DNA of 63,561 nt from Symbiobacterium thermophilum (lineage in GTDB: Bacteria > Bacillota > Sulfobacillia > UBA995): contig DYFO01000005.1 of NCBI GenBank assembly GCA_020725145.1, positions 1-63,561 on the forward strand, in the 5' to 3' direction. Of this stretch, positions 44,468 to 54,409 are shown one piece after another. Numbering within the stretch: position 1 is the stretch's first letter; every line of letters begins with the position of its first letter. The position numbers and the translations under genes were made by a program. Under the pieces are notes generated by a model that saw only the letters and a list, made by a program, of their open reading frames with translations, did not search any database and had not been told where the DNA came from.

Positions 44468-45922
44468 ATGTTCGAGTTGCGGCAGGTCGGAGACCGGGAG
44501 CTGAGGCGCCCCGCACAGCCGGTGCGGCGGGTGAACCGGTCGGTACGCGCCGCGCTGGACATCATGACGGAGGCCATGGCAAAGGCCGGTGGTGTGGGGC
44601 TGGCAGGCCCCCAGCTGGGTATGGACCGCCGCCTGGTGGTGCTGGAGGTGAACGCGGAGCGCCTGGAGCTCTGCAACCCGGAGATCGTCCGCGCCGAGGG
44701 AATGGCAGCCGACTGGGAGGGCTGCCTCAGTGTGCCCGGACTTGCCGGCCTGGTGCCACGGTACGAAAAGGTGACGGTCAGGGCGCTTGACGCGCGCGGG
44801 CGCCGGACCTGGATCGAAGCCGACGGCTTGCTGGCGCGAGCCCTGCAACACGAGATCGACCACCTCGACGGCATCCTCTTCCTGGATCGAGCGGAGTCCT
44901 TCCGGTATGGAGAAGACTGCACCGAGGAGGGGCAACCGCCGGCTCCGCGGCGGGGAGGACCTGCCGGTCCGACTTTACCGGTACCGCGGGGACGGCTCCG
45001 TCTGGTCTTCATGGGTACCCCGGCCTTCGCGCTGCCTGCCCTGAGCATGCTGATCGAGGGCAACTACCATGTGGTAGCGGTGGTTACCCAGCCCGACCGG
45101 CCCGCCGGCCGGGGCAGACACGTCACGCCACCTCCGGTCAAGGCGTACGCGGCCGGTCGGGGAATACCCTTGCTGCAACCCACGGGTTCCGGCTGCGGCG
45201 ATCTCGGCCGCGCGCTGGAGGGCTTTGCCCCCGACCTCGTGGTGACCGTGGCCTTCGGACGGCTGCTCCCGCCGGAGGTGCTTGCGCTGCCGCCGCTGGG
45301 CTGCGTGAACCTGCACGCCTCGCTGCTGCCCCGCCACCGCGGGGCCGCCCCCATCCCCTGGGCGATCGTGGAAGGCGACACGCTGACCGGTGTAAGCACT
45401 TTCTACATGGATGAGGGCCTGGACACCGGCGACGTCGTGCTGCGCCGGGCGACACCCATCCGCCAGGACGACACCGCAGGTGTGCTGCACGATCGCCTGG
45501 CCCTCCAGGGAGCGGGGCTGCTCGAAGAAACCGTGCGCCTGTGCGCGCGGGGAGTGGTGCCCCGCCTGCCCCAGTGCGACGCGGAGGCGACGGTTGCACG
45601 CCGCCTTACCCCGGCCGATGAGAAGCTGTGCTGGGAGCGCCCGGCGACGGTGCTGGAGAGGTGGGTACGGGCGCTGGCGCCGAGCCCCGGCGCATACACT
45701 ACCCATCGCGGGCGGCGCCTCAAGGTCCGGCGGGCCCGCGTCGCCCAGCGCGCGGGCTGCCCCGGCGAGGTCCTTGCGGTAGAGCCGGACGGAGTGACGG
45801 TGGCCGCAGGCGAGGGCAGCCTGATCCTCGAGGAGGTGCAGCCGGAGGGCGGGCGGGCCATGGCGGCGGTCGAGTACGCCCGGGGGCGGTGCCTGGAACC
45901 CGGCGAAACCCTGGGCGGTTAG
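44468..45922 (+). CDS. def-fmt: peptide deformylase fused to methionyl-tRNA formyltransferase
   Basis: GVGLAGPQ, EGCLS, QHEIDHLDG, then in frame VFMGTPAF, NLHASLLPRHRGAAPI, DEGLDTG. Confidence 0.9.
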   Translation: MFELRQVGDRELRRPAQPVRRVNRSVRAALDIMTEAMAKAGGVGLAGPQLGMDRRLVVLEVNAERLELCNPEIVRAEGMAADWEGCLSVPGLAGLVPRYEKVTVRALDARGRRTWIEADGLLARALQHEIDHLDGILFLDRAESFRYGEDCTEEGQPPAPRRGGPAGPTLPVPRGRLRLVFMGTPAFALPALSMLIEGNYHVVAVVTQPDRPAGRGRHVTPPPVKAYAAGRGIPLLQPTGSGCGDLGRALEGFAPDLVVTVAFGRLLPPEVLALPPLGCVNLHASLLPRHRGAAPIPWAIVEGDTLTGVSTFYMDEGLDTGDVVLRRATPIRQDDTAGVLHDRLALQGAGLLEETVRLCARGVVPRLPQCDAEATVARRLTPADEKLCWERPATVLERWVRALAPSPGAYTTHRGRRLKVRRARVAQRAGCPGEVLAVEPDGVTVAAGEGSLILEEVQPEGGRAMAAVEYARGRCLEPGETLGG

Positions 45923-45942
45923 ACCTCGGGAGGTGAGATGAA

Positions 45943-46635
45943 GTGTTCCTCATGGATGAAGGTTTCTTCCTGTTCGTGATCCCCGCGCTGGTGTTCGCGA
46001 TGTACGCGCAGGCCAGGGTCTCGGCGGCATACGCCAAGGCCTCGCGGCTGCTCGCACGCAGCCGCCTGACGGGTGCCCAGCTGGCGCGTCGCCTGCTCGA
46101 CGAGCTGGGCCTGGTCGGCGTGACGGTCCAGCGCGTAGACCACCACCTCGGAGATCATTACGACCCCGTCCGGCGGGCGGTGCGGCTGTCGCCGGCGGTC
46201 CACGACCGACCGTCGCTCGCCGCCCTGGGCATCGCCGCCCACGAGGTGGGACACGCCCTGCAGCATCATTGCGGCTACGCTCCTCTGGCGGTCAGGCAGA
46301 GCTTTTTGCCGGTGGCCCGGCTGGGATCGGGTGCGGCCTGGCCGCTTTTCCTGGTGGGCCTGCTGATGGGAGCGGACACCGGGGTCTTGCTGATGAATCT
46401 GGCCATCGTGCTCTTCGGCGGGGCCGTGCTCTTCCACCTCGTGACGCTGCCCGTGGAGTACAACGCCAGCTCACGCGCCATGACGGTGCTCCTGGATCGG
46501 GGGTACCTCGGGCGGGACGAGGTGTCCACCACCCGGGAGGTGCTCAATGCCGCCGCCCTGACCTACCTGGCGGCAGCGGCCGCCGCCCTGGCCAACCTGG
46601 CGCGGATGCTCTTGCTCAGGCAGCGCAGAAGCTGA
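45943..46635 (+). CDS. YugP-like membrane zinc metallopeptidase
   Basis: DHYDP, AAHEVGHALQ, TLPVEYNAS and AAALTY motifs. Confidence 0.88.
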   Translation: MFLMDEGFFLFVIPALVFAMYAQARVSAAYAKASRLLARSRLTGAQLARRLLDELGLVGVTVQRVDHHLGDHYDPVRRAVRLSPAVHDRPSLAALGIAAHEVGHALQHHCGYAPLAVRQSFLPVARLGSGAAWPLFLVGLLMGADTGVLLMNLAIVLFGGAVLFHLVTLPVEYNASSRAMTVLLDRGYLGRDEVSTTREVLNAAALTYLAAAAAALANLARMLLLRQRRS

Positions 46636-48011
46636 TGGGCATCGGCCCGCGGGAGCTCGCCCTGCAGATCCTGCAGGCCGTCGAGCGCGGGGGCGCGTAC
46701 TCGGGCCTGGCGCTGGACCATGCGCTTGAGCGCCACCGTCCCAGCGCCGCCGATCGCCGACTGATCACCGAGCTGGTATACGGGACCACGCGGACGCGCA
46801 ACACCCTGGACTGGGCGCTCGGCGCGCACCTGCGACGTCCTCTGGAGACGTTGCCTGGGCCCATCCGGAACGCGCTGCGCTTGGGTGCCTATCAGCTCCT
46901 GTACCTGGACCGCATCCCCGCGCCGGCCGCCTGTGACGAGGCGGTGAAACTGGCCCGGCGTTACGGCCACCGCGGCACCGCCGGACTGGTCAACGCGGTG
47001 CTGAGACGGCTCGCGGAGCAGGGCATGCCTCCGCTGCCCGACCCCGATGCCGAACCCGCGGCCTACCTTTCGCTGGCCCATCATCATCCTCTTTGGCTGG
47101 TCGAAAGGTGGCTGGTCCGCCTCGGGCGGCCCGAGACCGAGGCGCTGTGCCGGGCCGGCAACGTCGTACCTCCCACCACGGTGCGGGTGAACGTGCTGAG
47201 GACCGATCCGCGGCGCCTTCGCGAGGAACTCGGGGCCGCCGGGGTAACCGCGCGGCCGGGCGAGCTGGCCCCCGAGGCGCTGCTGCTCGACGAGCACCCG
47301 CCCCTGCGAGCTCTTGAGTCCTTTCGCCGGGGCCTATTCACGGTACAGGATGAAAGCTCGATGCTGGCCGCCCATACCCTCGCGCCGCGTCCGGGCGACC
47401 GCGTGGTCGACGCCTGCAGTGCTCCCGGGGGCAAGGCCACGCATCTGGCGGAGCTGATGGGAGACCGCGGCGAGGTGCTGGCGGTGGACGTAAGTCCCGG
47501 TCGGCTGCGGCTGGTGGAAGAGACCTCCAATCGCCTGGGGCATAGATGCATCCGTACCCTGGCGGCGGATGCGCGCGACCTTGGGCGTATCCTGTCCGCC
47601 CGGGCGGATGCAGTGCTCGTCGATGCGCCCTGTTCGGGGCTGGGGACCATCCGCCGCCGTCCCGACCTGCGCTGGTCGAAGCGGCCGGAGGACCTTCCGG
47701 TGCTGTCCGCGCTGCAGCGGGCGATCCTGGTGGGAGCCGCCGGGTGCCTGAAGCCGGGAGGAGTCCTGGTGTACTCGACCTGCTCCACCGAGCCGGAAGA
47801 GAACGCCGCGGTGGTCGAAGCTTTTCTGCATGCCAACCCCGGCTTCGAGCTTGAAGATCCCGTGGCATTCTGGCCCCGGACCGCCCGTGAGCGCGTGGCC
47901 GCGCGCCGGCAAGCTTCCGGATCGCGCCAAGATGGCCCGGTCCAGCTCTGGCCTCATCTTGACGGTACCGACGGCTTCTTCATCGCCCGTCTGCGCAGGA
48001 AGGATACCTGA
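46635..48011 (+). CDS. rsmB: 16S rRNA m5C967 methyltransferase
   Basis: NusB-like N-domain, VQDESS, CSAPGGK, DAPCSGLG and YSTCS motifs. Confidence 0.95.
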   Translation: MGIGPRELALQILQAVERGGAYSGLALDHALERHRPSAADRRLITELVYGTTRTRNTLDWALGAHLRRPLETLPGPIRNALRLGAYQLLYLDRIPAPAACDEAVKLARRYGHRGTAGLVNAVLRRLAEQGMPPLPDPDAEPAAYLSLAHHHPLWLVERWLVRLGRPETEALCRAGNVVPPTTVRVNVLRTDPRRLREELGAAGVTARPGELAPEALLLDEHPPLRALESFRRGLFTVQDESSMLAAHTLAPRPGDRVVDACSAPGGKATHLAELMGDRGEVLAVDVSPGRLRLVEETSNRLGHRCIRTLAADARDLGRILSARADAVLVDAPCSGLGTIRRRPDLRWSKRPEDLPVLSALQRAILVGAAGCLKPGGVLVYSTCSTEPEENAAVVEAFLHANPGFELEDPVAFWPRTARERVAARRQASGSRQDGPVQLWPHLDGTDGFFIARLRRKDT

Positions 48012-49088
48012 ATGGATCTCAGAGGTCTTTCCCGCGAAGAGATGACGGAACTGGTGGTGTCGCTGGGGGAGCCGGCCTACCGGGCCAGACAGATCATGGC
48101 CTGGATCTACCGGCGCGGCATCGCCGATCCCGGGCGCATGACCGACCTGCCGGTTCCCCTGCGCGATCGATTGGCCCTGCTGGCCTGCCCTTGCGAGGCG
48201 GTGCTCCAACGCCGGCAGTCGGCGGACGGCACGCTGAAGCTCTTGCTGGCATGCCCCGACGGCGTGGCGTTCGAGTGCGTCCGGTTGCGGTACGGCTACG
48301 GGTATACCGCCTGCGTTTCCTCGCAGGCCGGCTGTGCGGGGGGCTGTGCTTTCTGCCGGTCGGGAGAGGGGGGACTTGAGCGCAACCTCACCGCCGGCGA
48401 GATGGTGGGCCAGGTGCTCGCCCTGAACGCCGCCGGCGGCCGGCCCATCACCCGGGTGGTACTTATGGGGGGAGGCGAGCCCCTGGCCAATTACGCCGAG
48501 GTCCTGCGCTTTTTGCGCCTGGCCACCTCCTCGGACGGTTTGGGTCTCAGTCCACGCCGCATCACCGTGTCGACCTCGGGCGTGGTGCCGGGGATAAGGC
48601 GGCTTGCGGGCGAGGGTCTGCCCGTAACCCTGTCGGTGTCGCTGCATGCGGCCGACGACCGACTCCGCGACCGCCTGGTGCCGGTGAACCGGCGCTGGCC
48701 CCTGGCCGAGTTGCTCGCGGCCTGCCGGGATTGGGCCCGCCTCACCGGTCGCCGCGTCAGCGCCGAGTACGTGCTCATCGGCGGTGTGAACGACCGCCCG
48801 GAGGACGCGGCGCGACTGGCCCGCCTGGCCCGGGGCACCTTTGGTCACATCAACCTCATCGCCCTGAACCCGGTTCCGGGTTTTCCCCATCCGCCACCGT
48901 CGCGGGAGGCGGTGGCCGCCTTCGCGCGTCAGCTCAGGCGATCGGGGGTGCCGGTCACCGTGAGACGCCCCCTCGGTCGGGATATCGACGGTGCCTGCGG
49001 GCAACTCCGGGCAAGCTCGCGGCAGGGACCGGCCGCCGGCGCGACGAACCAGCCTCCGGACCCTGAAGCAGCGCGTCCGGGGGGATGA
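48012..49088 (+). CDS. rlmN: 23S rRNA/tRNA m2A methyltransferase (radical SAM)
   Basis: CVSSQAGCAGGCAFC, MGGGEP, SLHA and DIDGACGQL motifs. Confidence 0.92.
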   Translation: MDLRGLSREEMTELVVSLGEPAYRARQIMAWIYRRGIADPGRMTDLPVPLRDRLALLACPCEAVLQRRQSADGTLKLLLACPDGVAFECVRLRYGYGYTACVSSQAGCAGGCAFCRSGEGGLERNLTAGEMVGQVLALNAAGGRPITRVVLMGGGEPLANYAEVLRFLRLATSSDGLGLSPRRITVSTSGVVPGIRRLAGEGLPVTLSVSLHAADDRLRDRLVPVNRRWPLAELLAACRDWARLTGRRVSAEYVLIGGVNDRPEDAARLARLARGTFGHINLIALNPVPGFPHPPPSREAVAAFARQLRRSGVPVTVRRPLGRDIDGACGQLRASSRQGPAAGATNQPPDPEAARPGG

Positions 49089-49089
49089 C

Positions 49090-49848
49090 ATGCGGTTCGG
49101 GGTGAGGACGGACCGGGGCAAGGTGCGGCGGGTTAACGAAGACACCTACTGCTTCCGTGACTTCCGACCGCGGGTCGAGGCGGTACTGGCCGCGGTAGCC
49201 GACGGCATGGGGGGACACCTTGGTGGAGACGTGGCCAGCCGTCTGGCGGTCGAGATCTTGCTGGAAGTGGTAGAGCGCGAACTGGCCCAGGTGGCCGTGG
49301 ACACGGCGGCCGTCCTGCCGGTGGCCTTTGAGGAGGCGAACCGCCGGGTATTCGCGGCCGCGCGCGGCGACCCCGCTCAGGAGGGGATGGGTACCACGCT
49401 GACGGCGTCGCTCTGCCACGGTGACACCGTGGAGATCGGCCACTTGGGCGACAGCCGGGCTTATCTCGTGCGCGGCGGCGCCATCCACCAGCTGACTTCA
49501 GACCACACGCTGGTGAACGCCATGGTGAAAAACGGCGAGCTCACCGAGGAGGAGGCCATGCTCCATCCACAGCGCAACCTCCTGACGCGGGCGCTAGGCA
49601 CCGAGGCGGTGGCGGTGGCCGACTTCAGCCGCCACCGGTTGCAGCCCGGCGATCTGCTGGTGCTGTGCACCGACGGGCTGCACAGCCTGGTGGATCGCCG
49701 AGAGATCCTGGCCCTGGTGGTGGACCGTGACCCCCACGAGGCGGCGGACAGGCTGGTCCGGCTGGCGATGCGGCGCGGCGGCTATGACAACGTGACGGTG
49801 TTGGTGTACGAACCCCTAGCCGTGCCCGAGGGGGGGCGCGCCCCGTGA
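49090..49848 (+). CDS. prpC: PP2C Ser/Thr phosphatase (Stp1/PrpC)
   Basis: RRVNED, VADGMGGH, GDSRAY, CTDGL and GGYDNVT motifs. Confidence 0.93.
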   Translation: MRFGVRTDRGKVRRVNEDTYCFRDFRPRVEAVLAAVADGMGGHLGGDVASRLAVEILLEVVERELAQVAVDTAAVLPVAFEEANRRVFAAARGDPAQEGMGTTLTASLCHGDTVEIGHLGDSRAYLVRGGAIHQLTSDHTLVNAMVKNGELTEEEAMLHPQRNLLTRALGTEAVAVADFSRHRLQPGDLLVLCTDGLHSLVDRREILALVVDRDPHEAADRLVRLAMRRGGYDNVTVLVYEPLAVPEGGRAP

Positions 49849-51749
49849 TCGGCAGGCTGCTGGGCAACCGGTACCGGTTACTCGAGCGCATCGGCGACGG
49901 CGGCATGGCAGCCGTCTATCGCGCCGAAGACACACTGCTGGAGCGGAAGGTCGCGGTCAAGATCCTCAAGGCCCAGCTGGTGGCGGACGAGGAGTTCCTC
50001 CGGTGCTTCCGGCGCGAGGCACGGGCGGCCGCCAGCCTCTCGCATCCCAACATCGTGAACGTCTACGACGTGGGCGAGGAGGACGACCTCCACTACATCG
50101 TGATGGAGTTCGTGGAAGGTCGCACCCTCAAGGATCGTATCCGCGAGCACGGTCGGCTGAGCCCCGGCGCCGCGACCTACGTGGCGGTGCAGATCGCCCG
50201 GGCGCTGGAGCACGCCCACGCGGCGGGGCTGGTGCATCGGGACATCAAGCCCCACAACATCCTGCTCTCCGGTGACGGACGCGTCAAGGTGACCGACTTC
50301 GGCATCGCCCGGATCACCACCGGCACCACCGTCACCTACGGCGGCGAGGCGATCGTCGGCTCGGTGACCTACTTCTCCCCCGAGCAGGCGAGGGGCGAGC
50401 CGGCAACCGCCGCCTCCGACCTGTACTCGCTGGGGGTCGTGCTCTACGAGATGCTGGCGGGGCGCCCACCCTTCACCGGCGAGGGACCGTTTGGAGTTGC
50501 CCTCAAGCACCTGCATGAGGTGCCGCCCCCCTTGCACAAGGTCGCGCCGGAGGTGCCGCGCGAACTTGAAGCCATCGTCGAGCAGGCACTGGAGAAGGAT
50601 CCGGAGCGGCGACCCCGGTCGGCCACGGAGATGCGGCGGTCGCTGGAGGCGATAGCGCGGAAGCTACCCCAGGTACGGCCGGGAGGCGAGGACGATTTCC
50701 CGACACTGGTTCCCTCCGCGCTGCGTGACCGTGACAAGGGGGTGGAGGGAGTAGCCAGGAGAAAACCCCCGGCCGGCGGGACCCGGCGCCGGCGCCGGCT
50801 GCGCGCTCTGACGGTGTGGCTGTTGGTGCTGGGCCTGGTGGCAGGGGCGGGCTACTGGGGCTTTCGCCGTTTTCTGGAATGGTGGGTGGTGCCTGAGGTC
50901 ATCGTTCCCAACGTGGTCGGGATCAGCCTCGTGGAAGCGGAGCGGAGGCTTGAGGCTTTTCGTCTGGCAGGCAGGGTGGTAGGAGAGCAGTACCACGAGG
51001 AGGCCCCACCGGGCCATGTGCTGCGCCAGCGCCCGGAGGCGGGCGTGTTCGTCCGCGAAGGCCGGGTGATCGAGCTGTGGATCAGCAAGGGCAGGGAGCT
51101 GGTGGAGGAGGTCCCCAATGTGGTGGGACTGCCCATCCGCGAGGCCCGCGTGGTGCTCTTGCAGGCAGGGCTGACCGTCGGTCAAGAGCTGTCCGTGCAC
51201 AGCGAGGAGATCCCCGCCGACCACGTGGTCTCGCAGCGGCCGGCCGCCGGGACGCGCGGCCTGATCCGCGGCACCCCTGTTTACCTCGAGGTCAGCCTGG
51301 GCAGGGAGCCCGTGAGTTTCGCGCTGCCCAATTTCGTGGGTGAACCGCTGGAGACGGTGCGGCAGCGGCTGCGGGAGCTCGAGCTGGTTGAGGGAGCGAT
51401 CATTGAGGAGGAGGGCACCGGAACCCCGGGCACCGTCCTCGGGCAGAATCCCTCCCCCGGGACGGTGGTGGGGACGGGAACGGTGGTCGATCTCGTGGTG
51501 CTCAAGGTCCCGGATTACCCTGTCAAGCAGGTGGTGGTCTCCATCAACGTGCCCGCCGAAGGGCCGGCCCGCCGGGATGTCAAGGTGGTGGTGGTCGACC
51601 GTGGCGGGCAGCGCACGCGGACGGTGTATCAGCAGGAGGGGGTGGCCGCGGGAAGCCGCCTGCGCACCCTGGTCGACTACGAGGGCGACCGTGCCACCGT
51701 CCGCATCCTGCTTGACGGGCGGGTGGTGAGCGAATACGACGTCTACTGA
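49845..51749 (+). CDS. prkC: PASTA-domain Ser/Thr kinase (PrkC/PknB)
   Basis: GDGGMA, HRDIKPHN, DFGIA, one TM helix, three PASTA repeats. Confidence 0.95.
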   Translation: MIGRLLGNRYRLLERIGDGGMAAVYRAEDTLLERKVAVKILKAQLVADEEFLRCFRREARAAASLSHPNIVNVYDVGEEDDLHYIVMEFVEGRTLKDRIREHGRLSPGAATYVAVQIARALEHAHAAGLVHRDIKPHNILLSGDGRVKVTDFGIARITTGTTVTYGGEAIVGSVTYFSPEQARGEPATAASDLYSLGVVLYEMLAGRPPFTGEGPFGVALKHLHEVPPPLHKVAPEVPRELEAIVEQALEKDPERRPRSATEMRRSLEAIARKLPQVRPGGEDDFPTLVPSALRDRDKGVEGVARRKPPAGGTRRRRRLRALTVWLLVLGLVAGAGYWGFRRFLEWWVVPEVIVPNVVGISLVEAERRLEAFRLAGRVVGEQYHEEAPPGHVLRQRPEAGVFVREGRVIELWISKGRELVEEVPNVVGLPIREARVVLLQAGLTVGQELSVHSEEIPADHVVSQRPAAGTRGLIRGTPVYLEVSLGREPVSFALPNFVGEPLETVRQRLRELELVEGAIIEEEGTGTPGTVLGQNPSPGTVVGTGTVVDLVVLKVPDYPVKQVVVSINVPAEGPARRDVKVVVVDRGGQRTRTVYQQEGVAAGSRLRTLVDYEGDRATVRILLDGRVVSEYDVY

Positions 51750-51762
51750 GCGCCGCGGCAGG

Positions 51763-52623
51763 GTGATCCGGGCCGAGAGCAACCTGTACACGGTGATGGA
51801 CGCGGGCGAGACCCTGCGTTGTCGGCCGCGTGGACGATTGCGTCGACTGGGGCAGAAGGTTTTGGTGGGGGACGAGGTCCGTTTCACGGTAACGGCTCAC
51901 GGTGAGGGAGCCATCGAGGAGGTGCTCCCGCGCCGCAACCAGCTGACCCGCCCGCCGGTGACCAACGTCGATCAGGCAGTGGTCGTGCTGTCCGGCCGTG
52001 AGCCTGAGGCCTCGCTGCTTACCGTGGATCGGCTGCTGGTGCAGGCCTTGCACGAGGGGCTCGAGGTGCTGCTTTGCCTCAACAAGATCGACCTGTTGGC
52101 AAGAGGCGAGGAGGAACGGTGGCTCGGACCCTACCGGGCCGCCGGCTTTCCGAGCTGCGCGACCAGCGCCACCACGGGGGCGGGCCTGGAGTGCATGCAG
52201 GCCGCACTACGGGGGCGGGTATCGGTGTTCGCCGGCGAGAGCGGCGTGGGCAAGTCCACGCTGCTGAACGCGCTGGTGCCCGCGCTGTCCCTTCGCACCG
52301 GACGTGTGAGCCCCAAGACCGGCAGGGGAAGGCACACCACCCGTCACGTGGAGCTGGTGCCGGTGGCGCCGGACGGTCTGGTGGCCGACACGCCCGGACT
52401 GCACGCGGTGGGTACTCCGGACATCGCTCCTGCCGAGCTGGGCTCGTTCTGGCCCGAACTGGCCGCGCTTGCCGCCGGATGCCGTTTCCGGGGTTGCCTG
52501 CACCGCGAGGAACCGGGCTGCCGCGTCAAGGAGGCCCTGGCCGTGGGCGCGCTGGATCGCGGGAGGTATCAGCGTTACCTCACCCTGCTACAGGAAGTAG
52601 AGCAGGCCTACCGGAGGTACTGA
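51763..52623 (+). CDS. rsgA: ribosome small subunit-dependent GTPase A
   Basis: NKID, GESGVGKST, GRHTTR, DTPG and CRFRGCLHREEPGC motifs. Confidence 0.94.
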   Translation: MIRAESNLYTVMDAGETLRCRPRGRLRRLGQKVLVGDEVRFTVTAHGEGAIEEVLPRRNQLTRPPVTNVDQAVVVLSGREPEASLLTVDRLLVQALHEGLEVLLCLNKIDLLARGEEERWLGPYRAAGFPSCATSATTGAGLECMQAALRGRVSVFAGESGVGKSTLLNALVPALSLRTGRVSPKTGRGRHTTRHVELVPVAPDGLVADTPGLHAVGTPDIAPAELGSFWPELAALAAGCRFRGCLHREEPGCRVKEALAVGALDRGRYQRYLTLLQEVEQAYRRY

Positions 52624-52625
52624 AG

Positions 52626-53294
52626 ATGGACGTGACCATCAGCGCGTCGGTGCTGGCGGCCGACCACGGCGCCTTGGCAGACGCGGCCCGTAGTGCCGCC
52701 GCCGCCGGGGCGGACATGATCCACCTCGACGTCATGGACGGCCGCTTCGTTCCCCCCATCACCTTCGGCCAGGAGGCGGTGCGCGCCCTTCGACGCACGG
52801 TCGGCCTGCCGCTCGATGTGCACCTGATGATCGTCGAGCCCGAACGGCACATAGCGTCGTTCGCCGCCGCCGGCGCCACCATCATCACCGTACACGCGGA
52901 AGCGGCCGTGCACCTACACCGCTTGCTGGCGGACATCCGCGGGGCCGGCTGCCGTGCGGGCGTGGCCCTGAATCCCGCCACGCCGGTGACCGTCCTCGAA
53001 CACGTGCTGGACCTTGCGGACTTGGTGTTGTTGATGACGGTGAATCCCGGGTACGGGGGTCAGAGTTTCCTGACAGGCTCCGTAGCCAAGCTGGCCCGAC
53101 TGCAGGACCTGCTACGCGGGCTTCATCCCCGGCCGCTGGTGGGAGTGGACGGAGGTGTGAACCCCCAGACCGCCCCATTGGCCTGTGGCGCCGGCGCGGA
53201 CCTGCTGGTGGCCGGTACCGCCATCTTCGAGGCGGCCGATCCCGCTACAGCCATCGCCGCCCTGCGTCGCGCACGTCCCGAGCCACGAACCTGA
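52626..53294 (+). CDS. rpe: ribulose-phosphate 3-epimerase
   Basis: HLDVMDGRFVP, DVHLMI, MTVNPGYGGQ and VDGG motifs. Confidence 0.95.
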   Translation: MDVTISASVLAADHGALADAARSAAAAGADMIHLDVMDGRFVPPITFGQEAVRALRRTVGLPLDVHLMIVEPERHIASFAAAGATIITVHAEAAVHLHRLLADIRGAGCRAGVALNPATPVTVLEHVLDLADLVLLMTVNPGYGGQSFLTGSVAKLARLQDLLRGLHPRPLVGVDGGVNPQTAPLACGAGADLLVAGTAIFEAADPATAIAALRRARPEPRT

Positions 53295-53358
53295 CCGGCG
53301 CGTCACCAAACCTCCGCCGATTCCATAGGATGGTGATGTCCGGGGAGGGTGAGGGACC

Positions 53359-53550
53359 GTGGCACGCTGGTGGTTTCAGGACACCCCGGAAGGCGTGCGC
53401 AAGCTGCTCGGGGCCATCCTGGGCCTCATAGGGCTGGTGGTACTGTTCCGCGCGCTTCCTCCTGCCTTCTGGCTGGCCCTTGTCGGGCTGGCGTTACTGG
53501 TCGTCGGCTGGCTGGTTTACGCTCCCCCGGGAGGTGCGCTGAAGAAGTGA
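53359..53550 (+). CDS. small two-helix membrane protein
   Basis: Two hydrophobic segments; GAGGG SD; overlaps the spoVM start. Confidence 0.55.
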   Translation: MARWWFQDTPEGVRKLLGAILGLIGLVVLFRALPPAFWLALVGLALLVVGWLVYAPPGGALKK

Positions 53551-53627
53551 AGATATACGTGATCCGTCTGCCCTTGCCGGTGCGTCGCCTGTTGCGGACC
53601 CTGCTGCGACCGTCGGGCAGAAAGTGA
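53547..53627 (+). CDS. spoVM: SpoVM-like 26-aa amphipathic sporulation peptide
   Basis: MKIYVIRLPLPVRRLLRTLLRPSGRK with Pro9; GGAGGTG SD; syntenic between rpe and rpmB. Confidence 0.75.
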   Translation: MKIYVIRLPLPVRRLLRTLLRPSGRK

Positions 53628-53636
53628 AGTGACCGC

Positions 53637-53828
53637 CTACAGGGCCCGCTTCACCCGGGCGGACCTCAGACACCGCGTACACACGTAGATCCGCCGACGG
53701 GTGCCGTCGACCAGCGCCCTGACCCGGTGAAGGTTGGGGTGCCACCGCCGCTTGGTTCGAATGTGGGAGTGGCTGTAACGGAATCCCGTCGCGGCCGTCT
53801 TACCGCATACCTCGCAAATGCTGCCCAT
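53637..53828 (-). CDS. rpmB: 50S ribosomal protein bL28 (Zn-ribbon type)
   Basis: CEVCGK, SHSHIRTKRRWHPNL and VCTRCLRS motifs. Confidence 0.95.
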   Translation of the reverse strand: MGSICEVCGKTAATGFRYSHSHIRTKRRWHPNLHRVRALVDGTRRRIYVCTRCLRSARVKRAL

Positions 53829-54046
53829 CTTTGCCGACTCCTTCCCGATGACCGACGCCATTCTAGCACGATCCGCGGTTCGCTGGCAAGGTCGGGGTCG
53901 GAGAGCGCTCAAATAGCCTGGGGATCCGGCAACATGATATGGGCAGCACCTGATGGGCGGCATCGGTGTGAAGGAAATCCCCCGTGCAGAACGAAGCAGT
54001 TAATCTCCGGTCGGCGGATATCATGGCCGCTCAGGGAGGGTCGATC

Positions 54047-54409
54047 GTGCCACGCGAAGTCATCAACGAGCTTGGCACCGTGGTCATCTCCGACGAGGTG
54101 ATCGCTACCATCGCCGGCGTGGCCGCCACCGAATGCTACGGGGTGGTGGGCATGGCTTCGCGGCGGTTGCGCGACGGCCTGGCCGAACTGCTGGGCCGCG
54201 AGAACCTGAGCCGCGGCGTGGAGGTCAACGTGGAAGGCAACCAGGTGATCGTCAATCTCAACCTCATCGTAGGTTACGGGACCCGGATCTCCGAGGTCGC
54301 GCACAACGTTTGCACGCAGGTCAAGTACCGGGTAGAGGGGGTCACCGGCCTGGAGGTCGTGGCGGTGAACATCAACGTGCAGGGGGTCAGGGTCGCCGAT
54401 GACCGATAG
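54047..54409 (+). CDS. yloU: Asp23/Gls24-family protein (YloU)
   Basis: IATIAGVAATECYGVVGMA and VNINVQGVRV. Confidence 0.92.
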   Translation: MPREVINELGTVVISDEVIATIAGVAATECYGVVGMASRRLRDGLAELLGRENLSRGVEVNVEGNQVIVNLNLIVGYGTRISEVAHNVCTQVKYRVEGVTGLEVVAVNINVQGVRVADDR

